Below, in pieces: positions 37,508 to 47,424 of a DNA stretch of 57,042 bases (positions are counted from its first letter, which is position 1; every line of letters starts with the position of its first letter). The notes beneath the pieces are model-generated. The model saw only the letters and a program-made list of their open reading frames with translations. It ran no database searches and was not told the DNA's origin. Source of the stretch: Ornithinibacter sp. (GTDB taxonomy: Bacteria; Actinomycetota; Actinomycetes; Actinomycetales; Dermatophilaceae); contig JBDSNZ010000227.1 in assembly GCA_039915055.1 (NCBI GenBank), forward strand, positions 1-57,042, read 5' to 3'. The position numbers and the translations under genes were made by a program.

Positions 37508-37765
37508 TCAGTTCGGGTCGACGTCGGTCCGGTCGACGCGCGATCCCGTCGCGGGGTCGACATGACTCTCACGGGTGGCGGTGTAGCCGACTCGCCCGCG
37601 GTTGCGGCTCGCGGACATCACGAACGACAGGATGATCGCGAGCACTCCGGCGACCATGAGGATCATGCCGACGGTGTTGATGTCGATGCCCGCGACGGAC
37701 GCCTCGACAGCGAAGTAGAGGATCGCGCCGAGCGCGAGGAGGAAGATGCCGAGTCCGATGTACAT
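37508..37765 (-). CDS. Small two-TM membrane protein (DUF6458-like)
   Basis: MYIGLGIFLLALGAILYFAV...DINTVGMILMVAG; SD AGGAG. Confidence 0.82.
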   Translation of the reverse strand: MYIGLGIFLLALGAILYFAVEASVAGIDINTVGMILMVAGVLAIILSFVMSASRNRGRVGYTATRESHVDPATGSRVDRTDVDPN

Positions 37766-37863
37766 GAGGTCTCCTGAGGGGGCCGAGGGTCGGCTGACCT
37801 GCCGACCATACCGGGGCGAGGGTGCTGACCTGCGCTTTCGGACCGGCCAGTTCGCGGCTGAGG

Positions 37864-39234
37864 TCAGAGGATCGCGCCCGGGTTGAGGATGCCCTGGGGA
37901 TCGAGCGCGTCCTTGACCCGTCGGGTGAGGGCCATGACGTCGGGGCCGAGCTGGGCGGGCAGGAGGTCGCGCTTGAGGCGCCCGGTGCCGTGCTCACCGG
38001 TGATCGTGCCCCCGAGCTCGATCGCCGCCTCCATGACGGCGTCGAATGCCGCCCGCGCCCGCGCCTCCGCCTCCGGGTCCCCTGGGGGGTAGACGATCGC
38101 GGGGTGGGTGTTGCCGTCGCCGGCGTGGGCCACCAACGGGATCTCCACGGCATACTGCTCCGCGATCTCCTCGACCCGCGCGAGCAGTGCGGGCAGCTGG
38201 GGGACGGGCACGCCGACGTCCTCGGGCAGTACCGATCCGCGCACGTCGATCGCCGCGAAGTGCAGGCGCCGGGCGCGCACGAACATCTCCCCCTCCTCGG
38301 CATCGTCGGTGGAGAACACCTCCTTGGACCCGGCGAGCTCGCACGCGCCGACGATCACCGCCACCTCGTCGGTCCGCGCTGCGCCGGGAGCGTCGGACTG
38401 GATGACGAGGAGCGCCCCCGCATCACGGTCCAGACCCATCGGCTGGAAGTCCTCGACCGCGTTGATCGAGGTGCGGTCCATCAGCTCGACCATCGAGGCG
38501 CGCACGGTGCGGCCCAGCTCGATGACCGCGGCAGCCGCCCCCGCGACGGTGGGGAAGGTCGCGACGACGGTGGACCGCGGCGGTTGGGCCGGCACGAGGC
38601 GAAGGATGGCGCGGGTCACGATGCCCAGGGTGCCTTCGGAGCCGACGAAGAGCTTGAGGAGCGGCAGCCCGGCGACGTCCTTGATCCGCTTGCCGCCCAG
38701 GGTGATGAGGGTGCCGTCGGCCAGCACCACGTCCAGACCCAGGACGTAGTCGGTGGTGACGCCGTACTTCACGCAGCAGAGCCCCCCGGCGTTCGTGGCG
38801 ATGTTTCCGCCGATCGAGCACATCTCGAAGGAGCTGGGGTCCGGTGGGTACCAGAGGCCGTCGGCCGCCGCCGCCGCCTTGACCTCGACGTTGAGGGCGC
38901 CGGGCTCGACGACCGCGACACGGGCAGCGGTGTCGATCTCGACGGCGCGCATCCGCTCGAGGCTGACGACGATGCCGCCGTCGACGGCCAGGGCTCCCCC
39001 GGACAGGCCGGAGCCGGCCCCCCGAGGGACCACCGGGATGCCGTGCGTGCTCGCCCAGCGCACCGCCACCTGCACGTGCTCCGCACTCTCGGCACGGACG
39101 GCCGCGACCGGCATCCCCGCACTGGCGTCGTGGGTCCAGTCGAACCGGTACTTCTCGAGAGTCTCGGCATCGGTGACGACCACCCCTTCGGGGAGTGCCG
39201 TGACCAGGTCGTGCAGTGCTGACGCAGTGTCCAT
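37864..39234 (-). CDS. FAD-linked oxidase (GlcD/D-2-hydroxyacid dehydrogenase-like)
   Basis: PRGAGSGLSGG, PDPSS, GSEGTLG, HAGDGNTH, GEHG, LNPG. Confidence 0.92.
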   Translation of the reverse strand: MDTASALHDLVTALPEGVVVTDAETLEKYRFDWTHDASAGMPVAAVRAESAEHVQVAVRWASTHGIPVVPRGAGSGLSGGALAVDGGIVVSLERMRAVEIDTAARVAVVEPGALNVEVKAAAAADGLWYPPDPSSFEMCSIGGNIATNAGGLCCVKYGVTTDYVLGLDVVLADGTLITLGGKRIKDVAGLPLLKLFVGSEGTLGIVTRAILRLVPAQPPRSTVVATFPTVAGAAAAVIELGRTVRASMVELMDRTSINAVEDFQPMGLDRDAGALLVIQSDAPGAARTDEVAVIVGACELAGSKEVFSTDDAEEGEMFVRARRLHFAAIDVRGSVLPEDVGVPVPQLPALLARVEEIAEQYAVEIPLVAHAGDGNTHPAIVYPPGDPEAEARARAAFDAVMEAAIELGGTITGEHGTGRLKRDLLPAQLGPDVMALTRRVKDALDPQGILNPGAIL

Positions 39235-39386
39235 CCGCCGATTGTCGCACTCACCCCGGTGGCCCGGTGCTCCCCGACTTGCGCTGTCAGATTGCTGGTT
39301 TCGGGAGCTCAGAACGGCGTATCGCCGCACGTCGGCAGACGAGGCCGGGGAGGGCGGAGGCGGTAGAGGTCGGGGAGGGAGAGGGG

Positions 39387-40193
39387 TCAGAGACGACGGT
39401 CGGCGAGGACCGGGAAGGACTGCCGGTATGCCGTGGTGGCGGCGAGGTCGACCTCCACCGACAGCACCTCCTGCTCGGTGGCCGACGCCTCGGCGAGCAC
39501 CTCGCCGGTGGCCGAGACGACCTGGCTTCGACCACCCATCTCGATCCCCGCATGGGTGCCGGCCGTGTTGCACTGCACGAGCACGCTCTGGTTCTCGAGG
39601 GCTCGTGCGCGGCCGAGGAGCGACCAGTGCCCCACCCGAGCTGCTGGCCAGGCTGCGGGCACGACGAAGAGCTCGGCTCCGGCATCCACCTGGCGCCGGT
39701 AGAGCTCGGGGAATCGCAGGTCGTAACACGTCGAGATGCCCACGGGCACTGGTTGCCCGGCCCCCGAGGGGAGCGGCACGACGACCACCCCGGTGCCTGC
39801 CTCCATGAGCGTGGGCTCGCCGGCGCCGAAGCCGAAGCGGTGGATCTTGCGATAGGTCGCGATGACGCCGCCCTGCGCGTCGAACACCACCGAGGTGTTG
39901 GCGAGGTCGCGACCTTCGGGCCCACGCTCCGGCATCCGCTCCACGAGCGAGCCTGCGTGCAGGGTCACGCCGGCGGAGCGAGCCGCCTCAGCCATCGCCG
40001 CCACCCATGGCCCATCGAGCGGCTGGGCATCGCGCTCCCACCGCCGGTAGTCGAAACCCGTTGCGCCCCACAGCTCTGGGAGCACCACCAGATCGTGGCC
40101 GGACTGGGCCGAAACGAGTTCGGCGACCCTGTCGGCCCGGTGCTCGAAGGACTCCTCGTCACCGTAGGAGAGCTGGACGACCGCGATGCGCAT
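39387..40193 (-). CDS. Carbon-nitrogen hydrolase (nitrilase superfamily)
   Basis: Triad E (LPELW), K (YRKIH), C (TCYDLRFPE). Confidence 0.93.
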   Translation of the reverse strand: MRIAVVQLSYGDEESFEHRADRVAELVSAQSGHDLVVLPELWGATGFDYRRWERDAQPLDGPWVAAMAEAARSAGVTLHAGSLVERMPERGPEGRDLANTSVVFDAQGGVIATYRKIHRFGFGAGEPTLMEAGTGVVVVPLPSGAGQPVPVGISTCYDLRFPELYRRQVDAGAELFVVPAAWPAARVGHWSLLGRARALENQSVLVQCNTAGTHAGIEMGGRSQVVSATGEVLAEASATEQEVLSVEVDLAATTAYRQSFPVLADRRL

Positions 40194-40219
40194 GACGTCA
40201 TCCTCCCCCACGACCACCC

Positions 40220-42196
40220 TCAGGTGCGCTCGACCTCTTCGCGGAGCTGCGCGAGGTGGGCGTTGTAGGCGTTCAGTTCGGCATCGCCGTCACGGTCGGC
40301 CTGGCGGTCCTTGCGACGGCCCTCCTTCTCGTCGGTGCGGAACCACTGCACCGCGACGATGACCGCGAGGACGAGGGTGGGGAACTCGCTCACCCCCCAG
40401 GCGATCTGACCCGCTCGCTGCTGGTCGTAGAGGAGGTCCGGGCCCCAGGGAAGGTTGATCTGCTCGAAGAAGCCGGGCGCGAGCAGGGTGTCGCTGCCGG
40501 CAAGGGCCACCCCGAAGAAGGCGTGGAACGAGATCGTCGCGAAGAGGATCACGAGCAGGATCGGCGGCGACCAGCGTCGCGGCCCCGGGTCGATGCCGAT
40601 GAGCACCCAGGTGAAGAGGTAGCCCGTGAGGAGGAAGTGCGCGAGCATCAGCAGGTGACCCGTGTGCGTCACGAGCGCGATCTCGAAGAGCCCGGAGAAG
40701 TAGAACGTCGCGAGGCTGAAGAAGAAGAGCACGGCCGCGATCACGGGGTTGGACATCAGCTGCATGGCCCGTGAATGCACCACCTGCAGGATCAGCTCGC
40801 GCGGCCCCCAGGTGCGGTCCTTTCGGGCGCGAAGGGCGCGCAGGGCCAGCGTGAGCGGCGCCCCGGGCACCAGGAGCAGGGGCACCGTCATGGCGACGAT
40901 CATGTGCATCACCATGTGCACCGAGAAGAGCACCCGCCCCCAGATGCCCGGCGCACCGCTCGTCGCGTAGACGAACAGCGCCCAGCCGAGCACCCAACAG
41001 ATGGTGCGGCCGATCGGCCAGGCGTCACCGCGGCGGTGCAGCCGCAGCACGCCCGCGAGGTAGAGCCCGACCGCGACGACCGCGATGCCGAGCAACAGCC
41101 ACTCGATGCGCCACGCGGTGACCCAGTCCGCCCCGGTGACCGGCCCCGGGTCCGGGAAACCGGTGAGCTCGAGCACGCGTGAGGGGTCGGGGAGGGAGTC
41201 GGGAACCGGCGGGCGCGTGCGCGCGAGCACCGCGGCCAGTCCGGTCGCCGCACCCATGACGATGAGCTCACCAACGGCCAGCCGCGCGAACGCCCGACCG
41301 TCGGAGGGATCGGAACCCAGCCGCGAGACGATGTTGCGGCGGTGCAGCCAGCCGAGACCCCCGAGCACGAGGATTGCCGCGCTCTTCAGGAGCACGACGA
41401 CCCCGTATGCCGTGCCCAGGCCTGCCAGCGAACCCAGCCGGATCCAGGCCTGCTGGATGCCGGAGAGCGCCACGAGCACGAAGCACCAGCCAGCGAGCAC
41501 GGAGTAGCGCGCCACGCTCGCACCGAGGTCGCGACCCAGGCCACCGCGCAACACGGCGAGGGCGATCAGACCGCCGACCCAGGGGACGACCCCGAGCAGG
41601 TGGACGAAGAGGGCATTCACGGCATCCTCATGGCTCGTCGACCCTGCTGCGTGACCGGTGAGGGACTGGACGAGCACTCCGGAGAGGCCGATCAGCGCGA
41701 GCCAGGCGAGAGGGCCCCGCCGCGTGGTGAAGCGGGCAGCGACCGCGACCACCACCGCTGCCGCCGTGCTGAGCAGCAGGACCCGCGTGGTCTCGATCGT
41801 CCACACGAACGTCGTGAACTGCGAGAACAGACCCGGTTCGGTGAGCGGCGATCCCGCCAGGTCGGCGAAACCGAGGAACAGCTCGAGGAAGGCTGCGGCG
41901 GCCCAGACCGCCGCCGCGGACGCGGCATACCGCACGGCCAGCGAGCGACGGTTGGTCGTGGTGCGCTCCGGGACCACGAACGCCGCCATGAGCAGCAGGC
42001 CGACGGCGGCGCTCGAGGCGATGGTGGCGACGGTCGACGCGACCGGCACCCCCCACCGGACGAGCGGGCCCGCGTCGGAGAGTGCAAGCGGCGCGAGCGC
42101 ACCGGTGATCGCCGCCGCGACCGCGACACCCACCACCCCCGAGGCGACCGTCAGACCCACGGGGCGACCCAGCCGCGAGCTCGTCGGGGTGGTCAT
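40220..42196 (-). CDS. CopD-CtaG fusion (copper resistance D / cytochrome c oxidase assembly)
   Basis: Many TMs, TGHA, HLLG..WVGGL, FSVHMVMHM, HAFFG, IAWG..EFP. Confidence 0.88.
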   Translation of the reverse strand: MTTPTSSRLGRPVGLTVASGVVGVAVAAAITGALAPLALSDAGPLVRWGVPVASTVATIASSAAVGLLLMAAFVVPERTTTNRRSLAVRYAASAAAVWAAAAFLELFLGFADLAGSPLTEPGLFSQFTTFVWTIETTRVLLLSTAAAVVVAVAARFTTRRGPLAWLALIGLSGVLVQSLTGHAAGSTSHEDAVNALFVHLLGVVPWVGGLIALAVLRGGLGRDLGASVARYSVLAGWCFVLVALSGIQQAWIRLGSLAGLGTAYGVVVLLKSAAILVLGGLGWLHRRNIVSRLGSDPSDGRAFARLAVGELIVMGAATGLAAVLARTRPPVPDSLPDPSRVLELTGFPDPGPVTGADWVTAWRIEWLLLGIAVVAVGLYLAGVLRLHRRGDAWPIGRTICWVLGWALFVYATSGAPGIWGRVLFSVHMVMHMIVAMTVPLLLVPGAPLTLALRALRARKDRTWGPRELILQVVHSRAMQLMSNPVIAAVLFFFSLATFYFSGLFEIALVTHTGHLLMLAHFLLTGYLFTWVLIGIDPGPRRWSPPILLVILFATISFHAFFGVALAGSDTLLAPGFFEQINLPWGPDLLYDQQRAGQIAWGVSEFPTLVLAVIVAVQWFRTDEKEGRRKDRQADRDGDAELNAYNAHLAQLREEVERT

Positions 42197-42222
42197 CCCC
42201 CCAGCGTAGGTACTGTGGGCCC
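42197..42222. promoter_or_regulatory. Back-to-back -10 elements for two leaderless divergent genes
   Basis: Minus-strand TACGCT (42208-42203) and plus-strand TACTGT (42211-42216), each 6 nt from an ATG. Confidence 0.7.
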
Positions 42223-43071
42223 ATGTCACTGCACCCCCCGGCCCCCGAGGAGCTGGGTGAGCTGATCGAGGCGTACGCCCAGAGCGTGCGGAGCGTGATC
42301 GACCTGGCCCTGACCCTGCGCCCGGGCGACGCCGAGCGCCCCACCGACTGCCCCGGGTGGACCGTCGCCGACCAGGTGGCGCACGTCGTCGGGGGTGAGG
42401 CGATGGCCGCCGGCGAGGAGGATGCCGACATCGACGTCAGTGCATTCGCCCACGTCAAGCACGCGTTCGGGGCCAGGCACGAGAAGGCGGTGCACCTCCG
42501 GCGCGGACGGCCGCTCGGCGAGGTGGTCGAAGAGCTCGAGGAACGCCTCGAGGAGCGGCTCGCCTTCTACGGCGCCGAGGACGCCACGGCGCAGACCCCC
42601 GTGGACGGACCCTTCGGCGCCACCACGCTGGGGGAGGTCCTCGCGCTGCGCACCTTTGACATCTGGGTGCACGAGCAGGACATCCGCGAGGCGATCGGGC
42701 GGCCCGGCGGGCTGGACACCCCTGCGGCAGCCTTGTCCGTGAGCCGGGTCTTCGCTGCCGTGCCGCGCGTGGTGGCTCGAGACGCCCAGGTGCCTCCCGG
42801 CCACGCCGTCGTGCTGGACCTCACCGGACCCACCGTGGGTCGGGTCGGCGCGCGGGTGGAGGAGCAGGATGGCAGGCGGGTCGGCATCCCGCTGTTCGCC
42901 GGTGGGCAGGAGGAGCACCCCGACGTGGTGACGACCTCGCTGACGATGTCGACGCGGGTCGCCATGCGCCTGGCAGCCGGGAGGGGGGACCGCGCCGACC
43001 TGCACGTCGTGGTCCACGGGGACGAGGAGATCGCCGAGCGCGTGCTGCAGTCGCTGGCGATGACTCCCTGA
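42223..43071 (+). CDS. Mycothiol-dependent maleylpyruvate isomerase family (DinB-like) protein
   Basis: PTDCPGWTVADQVAHV, RTFDIWVHEQDIR. Confidence 0.9.
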   Translation: MSLHPPAPEELGELIEAYAQSVRSVIDLALTLRPGDAERPTDCPGWTVADQVAHVVGGEAMAAGEEDADIDVSAFAHVKHAFGARHEKAVHLRRGRPLGEVVEELEERLEERLAFYGAEDATAQTPVDGPFGATTLGEVLALRTFDIWVHEQDIREAIGRPGGLDTPAAALSVSRVFAAVPRVVARDAQVPPGHAVVLDLTGPTVGRVGARVEEQDGRRVGIPLFAGGQEEHPDVVTTSLTMSTRVAMRLAAGRGDRADLHVVVHGDEEIAERVLQSLAMTP

Positions 43072-43147
43072 CCGCACCCTCGACACCGGCCACGGGCTCA
43101 GCGCCCCCGAATACGGCATCGCGGCGCACGCCGTTAGGGTTTCCGCC

Positions 43148-43627
43148 ATGGCCACCTTCTCCACCGGCACGGTCTCTGAGGCCACGGTCAGCGCGAGCCC
43201 GGACGAGGTCTGGGCCGCGCTCTCGAGCCCGGACCTCATCGCCGAGTTCACTCCGTTCCTGAAGAAGGTCACGCCCCGGGGGCCCGATCACTGGGTCTGG
43301 GAGCTCTCGCGGATCCCGGTGCTCGGCAAGAGCTTCTCCTTCGTCTTCACCGAGCGGATGACCTTCGAGGAGCCCCACCGCATCGAGTTCACCCACGACC
43401 CCGATGCCGGCTCCGCCAAGGAGTCCGCCGGTGTCGAAGGCTGGTATGCCCTGCGCCCCGCCCCGAAGGGGACTCACCTGAAGACGTCCATGGAGATCAG
43501 CGTCGAGCTGCCCTTCCCCGGCATCACCCGGCCCGCGGTCAACGCCGCGATGAAGGCCGTCGTCGCGCTGATGGGTCAGCGCTTCTCGAGCAACCTGCTG
43601 CACCACCTCGGCGCGCACAGCGTCTGA
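43148..43627 (+). CDS. SRPBCC/CoxG-like protein
   Basis: VSASPDEVWAALSSPD; -10 TAGGGT 7 nt before the ATG. Confidence 0.8.
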   Translation: MATFSTGTVSEATVSASPDEVWAALSSPDLIAEFTPFLKKVTPRGPDHWVWELSRIPVLGKSFSFVFTERMTFEEPHRIEFTHDPDAGSAKESAGVEGWYALRPAPKGTHLKTSMEISVELPFPGITRPAVNAAMKAVVALMGQRFSSNLLHHLGAHSV

Positions 43628-43658
43628 ACGGGCCAGCCCGCGGCGGTTCCCTGACGTA

Positions 43659-43696
43659 GGTCGGCGGCCACACGCCACTGTGTGTGGCCTCCGACC
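43659..43696. terminator. Hairpin after the SRPBCC gene
   Basis: GGTCGGCGGCCACAC...GTGTGGCCTCCGACC. Confidence 0.55.
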
Positions 43697-43753
43697 CCTT
43701 GCGACGCGCTGTGCAACCTTCGACACGTTTTGGGGAATCGTTCGACAAAACAT

Positions 43754-43778
43754 ATGGTTGCATGCTGCAAGCAACCAT
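43754..43778. promoter_or_regulatory. MarR operator
   Basis: 25 bp near-perfect palindrome ATGGTTGCATGCTGCAAGCAACCAT just before the marR SD. Confidence 0.8.
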
Positions 43779-43796
43779 TCAGGAGGTGATGTTCGA

Positions 43797-44276
43797 ATGC
43801 CGTTCCGTTCCGTCCCGTCGACCCCGACCGCAGTGCTCGGGGACGACCTGATCCGGGTCTTCAAGCTGTTGCACACGATGCGAGCGCACGCCCCCCGCCA
43901 GCACCCGGCGGTGGATCCGATGGCCTACCCGATGATCTTCCAGCTCGCGAGCCGCCCGATGCGGGTCTCCGACCTCGCCGAGGTGCTGCACACCGACGTC
44001 TCGACGGTGAGCCGTCAGGTGAGCACGCTGGTCGACCACCACTTCGTGACGCGGGGCCCGGACCCCGACGACCGACGGGCCCAGGCCCTGACCCTCAGCG
44101 ACGAGGGCAAGGAGCTGCTCACGGCGATCCGCATCAGCAGGGATGTCTGGCTCCAGGGTGTCCTCGCCGACTGGCCGGACACCGACGTGCGCGACTTCAG
44201 CACCCACCTCCAGCACTTTGCCTCCGACCTGGAGGCCTCCCTCACCCACTCGACGACGACAAGGAACGACCGATGA
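43797..44276 (+). CDS. MarR-family regulator
   Basis: MRVSDLAE...STVSRQVSTL, DPDDRRA..LTLSDEG; SD AGGAGG. Confidence 0.92.
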   Translation: MPFRSVPSTPTAVLGDDLIRVFKLLHTMRAHAPRQHPAVDPMAYPMIFQLASRPMRVSDLAEVLHTDVSTVSRQVSTLVDHHFVTRGPDPDDRRAQALTLSDEGKELLTAIRISRDVWLQGVLADWPDTDVRDFSTHLQHFASDLEASLTHSTTTRNDR

Positions 44277-46057
44277 GCACCACCTCCACCCCGGGGGCGT
44301 CCTCGGACTCACCCACCTCGGGGGCTGACCCTCGGGACGCAGCCCCCCGCCACGCCAAGAAGACGGCACCCGCACCGGCATCCGGTGCTCCCGCCGACGC
44401 CCCCACGGGCCCGCTCACCCACCGCCAGATCATCACGATCCTCGTCGGGCTGATGATGGGCATGTTCCTCGCCGCCCTGGACCAGACCATCGTGGCAACC
44501 GCGATCCGCACCATCGCCGACGACCTCAACGGCCTGGAGCACCAGGCGTGGGCGACGACGGCCTACCTCATCACCGCCACCATCGTGACCCCGCTCTACG
44601 GCAAGCTCGGCGACATCTACGGTCGCAAGAAGCTGTTCATCACGGCCATCACCATCTTCATCATCGGTTCGGTGCTGTGCACCTTCGCCATGACGATGGG
44701 CCAGCTCGCGTCCTTCCGCGCGGTGCAGGGCCTGGGCGCAGGCGGCCTCTTCTCCCTCGCCCTCGCCATCGTCGGTGACATCGTGCCGCCGCGTGAGCGC
44801 GCGAAGTACCAGGGCTACTTCCTCGCCGTCTTCGGCACCTCCTCGGTGCTCGGCCCGGTCATCGGCGGCTTCTTCGCCGGCGCCGACTCGATCTTCGGCA
44901 TCACCGGCTGGCGCTGGGTCTTCCTCGTCAACGTGCCCGTGGCCATCGCCGCGCTCATCGTCGTCTCCAAGACCTTGCACCTGCGGCACACCCGTCTGGA
45001 CCACCGCATCGACTGGCCCGGCGCAGCCCTCCTGTCCGTCTCCCTCGTGCCCTTGCTGCTCGTCGCCGAGCAGGGCCGGGAGTGGGGCTGGACCTCCGGC
45101 AACTCCATCGCGTGCTACGCCATCGGCATCTTCGCTGCGATCGGCTTCATCGTGCAGGAGATGCGGATGGGCGAGGAGGCGATCCTCCCGCTGAAGATGT
45201 TCGGCAACAAGACCGTCGGCGTGTCCTCGGTCGCTTCCCTGATCATTGGCATCGCGATGTTCGGTGGGCTCGCGAGCCTCCCGCTCTACCTCCAGATCGT
45301 CAAGGGCGCGAGCCCGACGGAAGCGGGCCTGCTGCTGCTGCCGTTGACCCTGGGCATCATGGTCGGGTCGATCTTCTCCGGGCAGGTCATCTCCCGCATC
45401 GGGCGCTACCGGATCTTCCCGGTCATCGGCTCCGGGCTGCTCACGATCGCCCTGTTCACCTTCCACTTCATCGCCTTCGACACGCCCCTGTGGCAGACGA
45501 TGGTCGTCATGGTCGTCTTCGGGCTCGGGCTCGGTTTCAACTTCCAGCCGCTCACCCTGGCCGTGCAGAATGCCGTGCCGCCGCAGCAGATCGGGGTCGC
45601 GACCTCGACAGCCACCTTCACCCGTCAGATGGGTGGCACCATCGGCACCGCGGTGTTCCTCACCGTGCTGTTCTCGACGGTGCCCGACAAGATCACCGCG
45701 GCGTTCACCCGTTACGCACCGACCCCGGAGTTCCAGAGCGCGCTGAAGGACCCGGCCAACGCCGCGTTCGCGCAGCAGTTCCAGTCCTCACAGGGCGGTG
45801 GCTCGGCGGCGGCGAGCGGGGTGCTCTCGAACAGCTCGTTCCTCAGCACGTTGGACGCCCGCCTGGCCAAGCCGTTCCTCGTCGGCTTCTCTGAGTCGAT
45901 GGACCTGGTGTTCCTCGTGGGCGGGTGCGTCATGGTCTTCGGGTTCCTCGTGATGCTGCTCCTCCCGGAGGTCGAGCTGCGCTCGGGCTCGAACTATGAC
46001 GATCGCGGCGCCACCGCGGAGGAGTCGGCCGCCGAGCCGGCAGCGGTCACCGGCTGA
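44273..46057 (+). CDS. DHA2-family (14-TM) MFS efflux transporter
   Basis: LDQTIVATA, GKLGDIYGRK, WRWVFLVNVP; ATGA-coupled to marR. Confidence 0.94.
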   Translation: MSTTSTPGASSDSPTSGADPRDAAPRHAKKTAPAPASGAPADAPTGPLTHRQIITILVGLMMGMFLAALDQTIVATAIRTIADDLNGLEHQAWATTAYLITATIVTPLYGKLGDIYGRKKLFITAITIFIIGSVLCTFAMTMGQLASFRAVQGLGAGGLFSLALAIVGDIVPPRERAKYQGYFLAVFGTSSVLGPVIGGFFAGADSIFGITGWRWVFLVNVPVAIAALIVVSKTLHLRHTRLDHRIDWPGAALLSVSLVPLLLVAEQGREWGWTSGNSIACYAIGIFAAIGFIVQEMRMGEEAILPLKMFGNKTVGVSSVASLIIGIAMFGGLASLPLYLQIVKGASPTEAGLLLLPLTLGIMVGSIFSGQVISRIGRYRIFPVIGSGLLTIALFTFHFIAFDTPLWQTMVVMVVFGLGLGFNFQPLTLAVQNAVPPQQIGVATSTATFTRQMGGTIGTAVFLTVLFSTVPDKITAAFTRYAPTPEFQSALKDPANAAFAQQFQSSQGGGSAAASGVLSNSSFLSTLDARLAKPFLVGFSESMDLVFLVGGCVMVFGFLVMLLLPEVELRSGSNYDDRGATAEESAAEPAAVTG

Positions 46058-46060
46058 CGC

Positions 46061-47314
46061 TCAGGGGTGGGGCAACCCGGCGACACCAGCCGCCGCGGCT
46101 GCCCCACCCTCTGGCTCGCTGCCCCCTGCGCGCTCGGCCCGCTCCAGCGGGGCACGCCACCCGGCCACGATCACCAGGGCCAGGGCCCCAGCAAGGACGG
46201 GCACGGCATACGCAGCCTGTGCTCCCCAGACCTCGATGGCCCAGCCCCCGACGGCCGAGCCGATGGAGATGCCGATCAGGATGCCGGTGATCGCCACCGC
46301 CATCCCTTCGGTGATGAGCGCCCGGGGAACCAGTCGCTGCGCCAGCGACAAGCTGGTGATGAGCATCGGCGCGGTCGCCGAACCGGCCACGAGCATGACG
46401 ACGGCCAGTGGCCAGACGCCGCCGACGAAGAGCGCCGGCACCTCCAGGACGAACATCGCAGCAGAGGCGATCAGCAGGCGCGTCGTGAGGGACACCGTGA
46501 AGGTGTGCACCCCGAAGAAGATCCCTGCGACCGTCGATCCGATGGCGAAGGCGCCCAGGACCACGCTGGAGAAGCTGGGGTTGCCCTGCTCGGTGGTGAA
46601 GGCCACGGCGATGACCTCGTTGCCGCCGAAGATCACCCCCGTCATGACGAGCACGCTCGCGACGGTGAGCAGACCCGGGCGCCGGATCGCGACGCCGGCC
46701 GGGCGCTCGTCGTGCGGCACCACGAGGGGCTCGGTGGCCGTGGCCGAGAGGAAGGTGAGCATGCCGAACAGGAACAGCACCTCGGCGAGCAACAGCCCCG
46801 CCTCGGGAAACCACATCGTGGAGACGAGCACCCCGATGACCGGCCCCACGACGAAGGCGGCCTCGTCCGCCACCTGCTCGAAGGACATGGCCGTGTGCAG
46901 GCCCTGGGGATCCTCGCGGTAGATGTGTGCCCATCGGGCCCGCGACATCGGCCCCGGCTCGGGAAGGAAGGCGCTCATCCCGTAGAGCACGAAGAGGGTC
47001 CACGCCGGGGCGCCGAGCCAGGACGCGAGCACCGTGCCGAATCCAGCGAGCGAGGCGAAGAGGATGAACGGGATCGCGGCCCGTCGCTGCCCGTGGCGGT
47101 CGATGAGGCGGCCGATGAACGGCCCGGCGGCCGCCAGCACGGCCACGCCCACCGCCGAGACGGCTCCCGCGAGGCCGAAGGAGCCGCGCCGCTCGCTGAT
47201 CATGATGATCAGCGAGACCCCGAACATCGCTCCGCCCACCCGCGAGAAGGCGGTGCCGGAGAGGAAGCGCAGGGCTCCGGGGACCCGGAACAGGGGCGCG
47301 TAGGCGGACAGCAC
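46061..47314 (-). CDS. MFS transporter
   Basis: About 12 hydrophobic segments, GRLIDRHGQR motif A. Confidence 0.88.
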   Translation of the reverse strand: MLSAYAPLFRVPGALRFLSGTAFSRVGGAMFGVSLIIMISERRGSFGLAGAVSAVGVAVLAAAGPFIGRLIDRHGQRRAAIPFILFASLAGFGTVLASWLGAPAWTLFVLYGMSAFLPEPGPMSRARWAHIYREDPQGLHTAMSFEQVADEAAFVVGPVIGVLVSTMWFPEAGLLLAEVLFLFGMLTFLSATATEPLVVPHDERPAGVAIRRPGLLTVASVLVMTGVIFGGNEVIAVAFTTEQGNPSFSSVVLGAFAIGSTVAGIFFGVHTFTVSLTTRLLIASAAMFVLEVPALFVGGVWPLAVVMLVAGSATAPMLITSLSLAQRLVPRALITEGMAVAITGILIGISIGSAVGGWAIEVWGAQAAYAVPVLAGALALVIVAGWRAPLERAERAGGSEPEGGAAAAAGVAGLPHP

Positions 47315-47424
47315 GGTGACCTCAGGTCTCAGGTGTTCAGCGGCTCGGTGTTCAACGGCTCTGGTGCTCGGTGGCTCAGGTGTGACGTGGCCCAGGGTTT
47401 CACGCGATCGAGGGCGGGGCCGCG

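Noticed and set aside
35233-37572. Long antisense/alternate-frame ORFs (e.g. 35233-37572 minus, 20306-21952 plus, 29343-31097 plus, 9695-11221 minus)
   Set aside because: Shadow ORFs expected at ~70% GC opposite well-supported genes; no recognisable motifs.
39347-39387. G-quadruplex in the G-rich intergenic tract
   Set aside because: G-tracts are interrupted by a long loop, such tracts are common at this GC content, and there is no supporting evidence.
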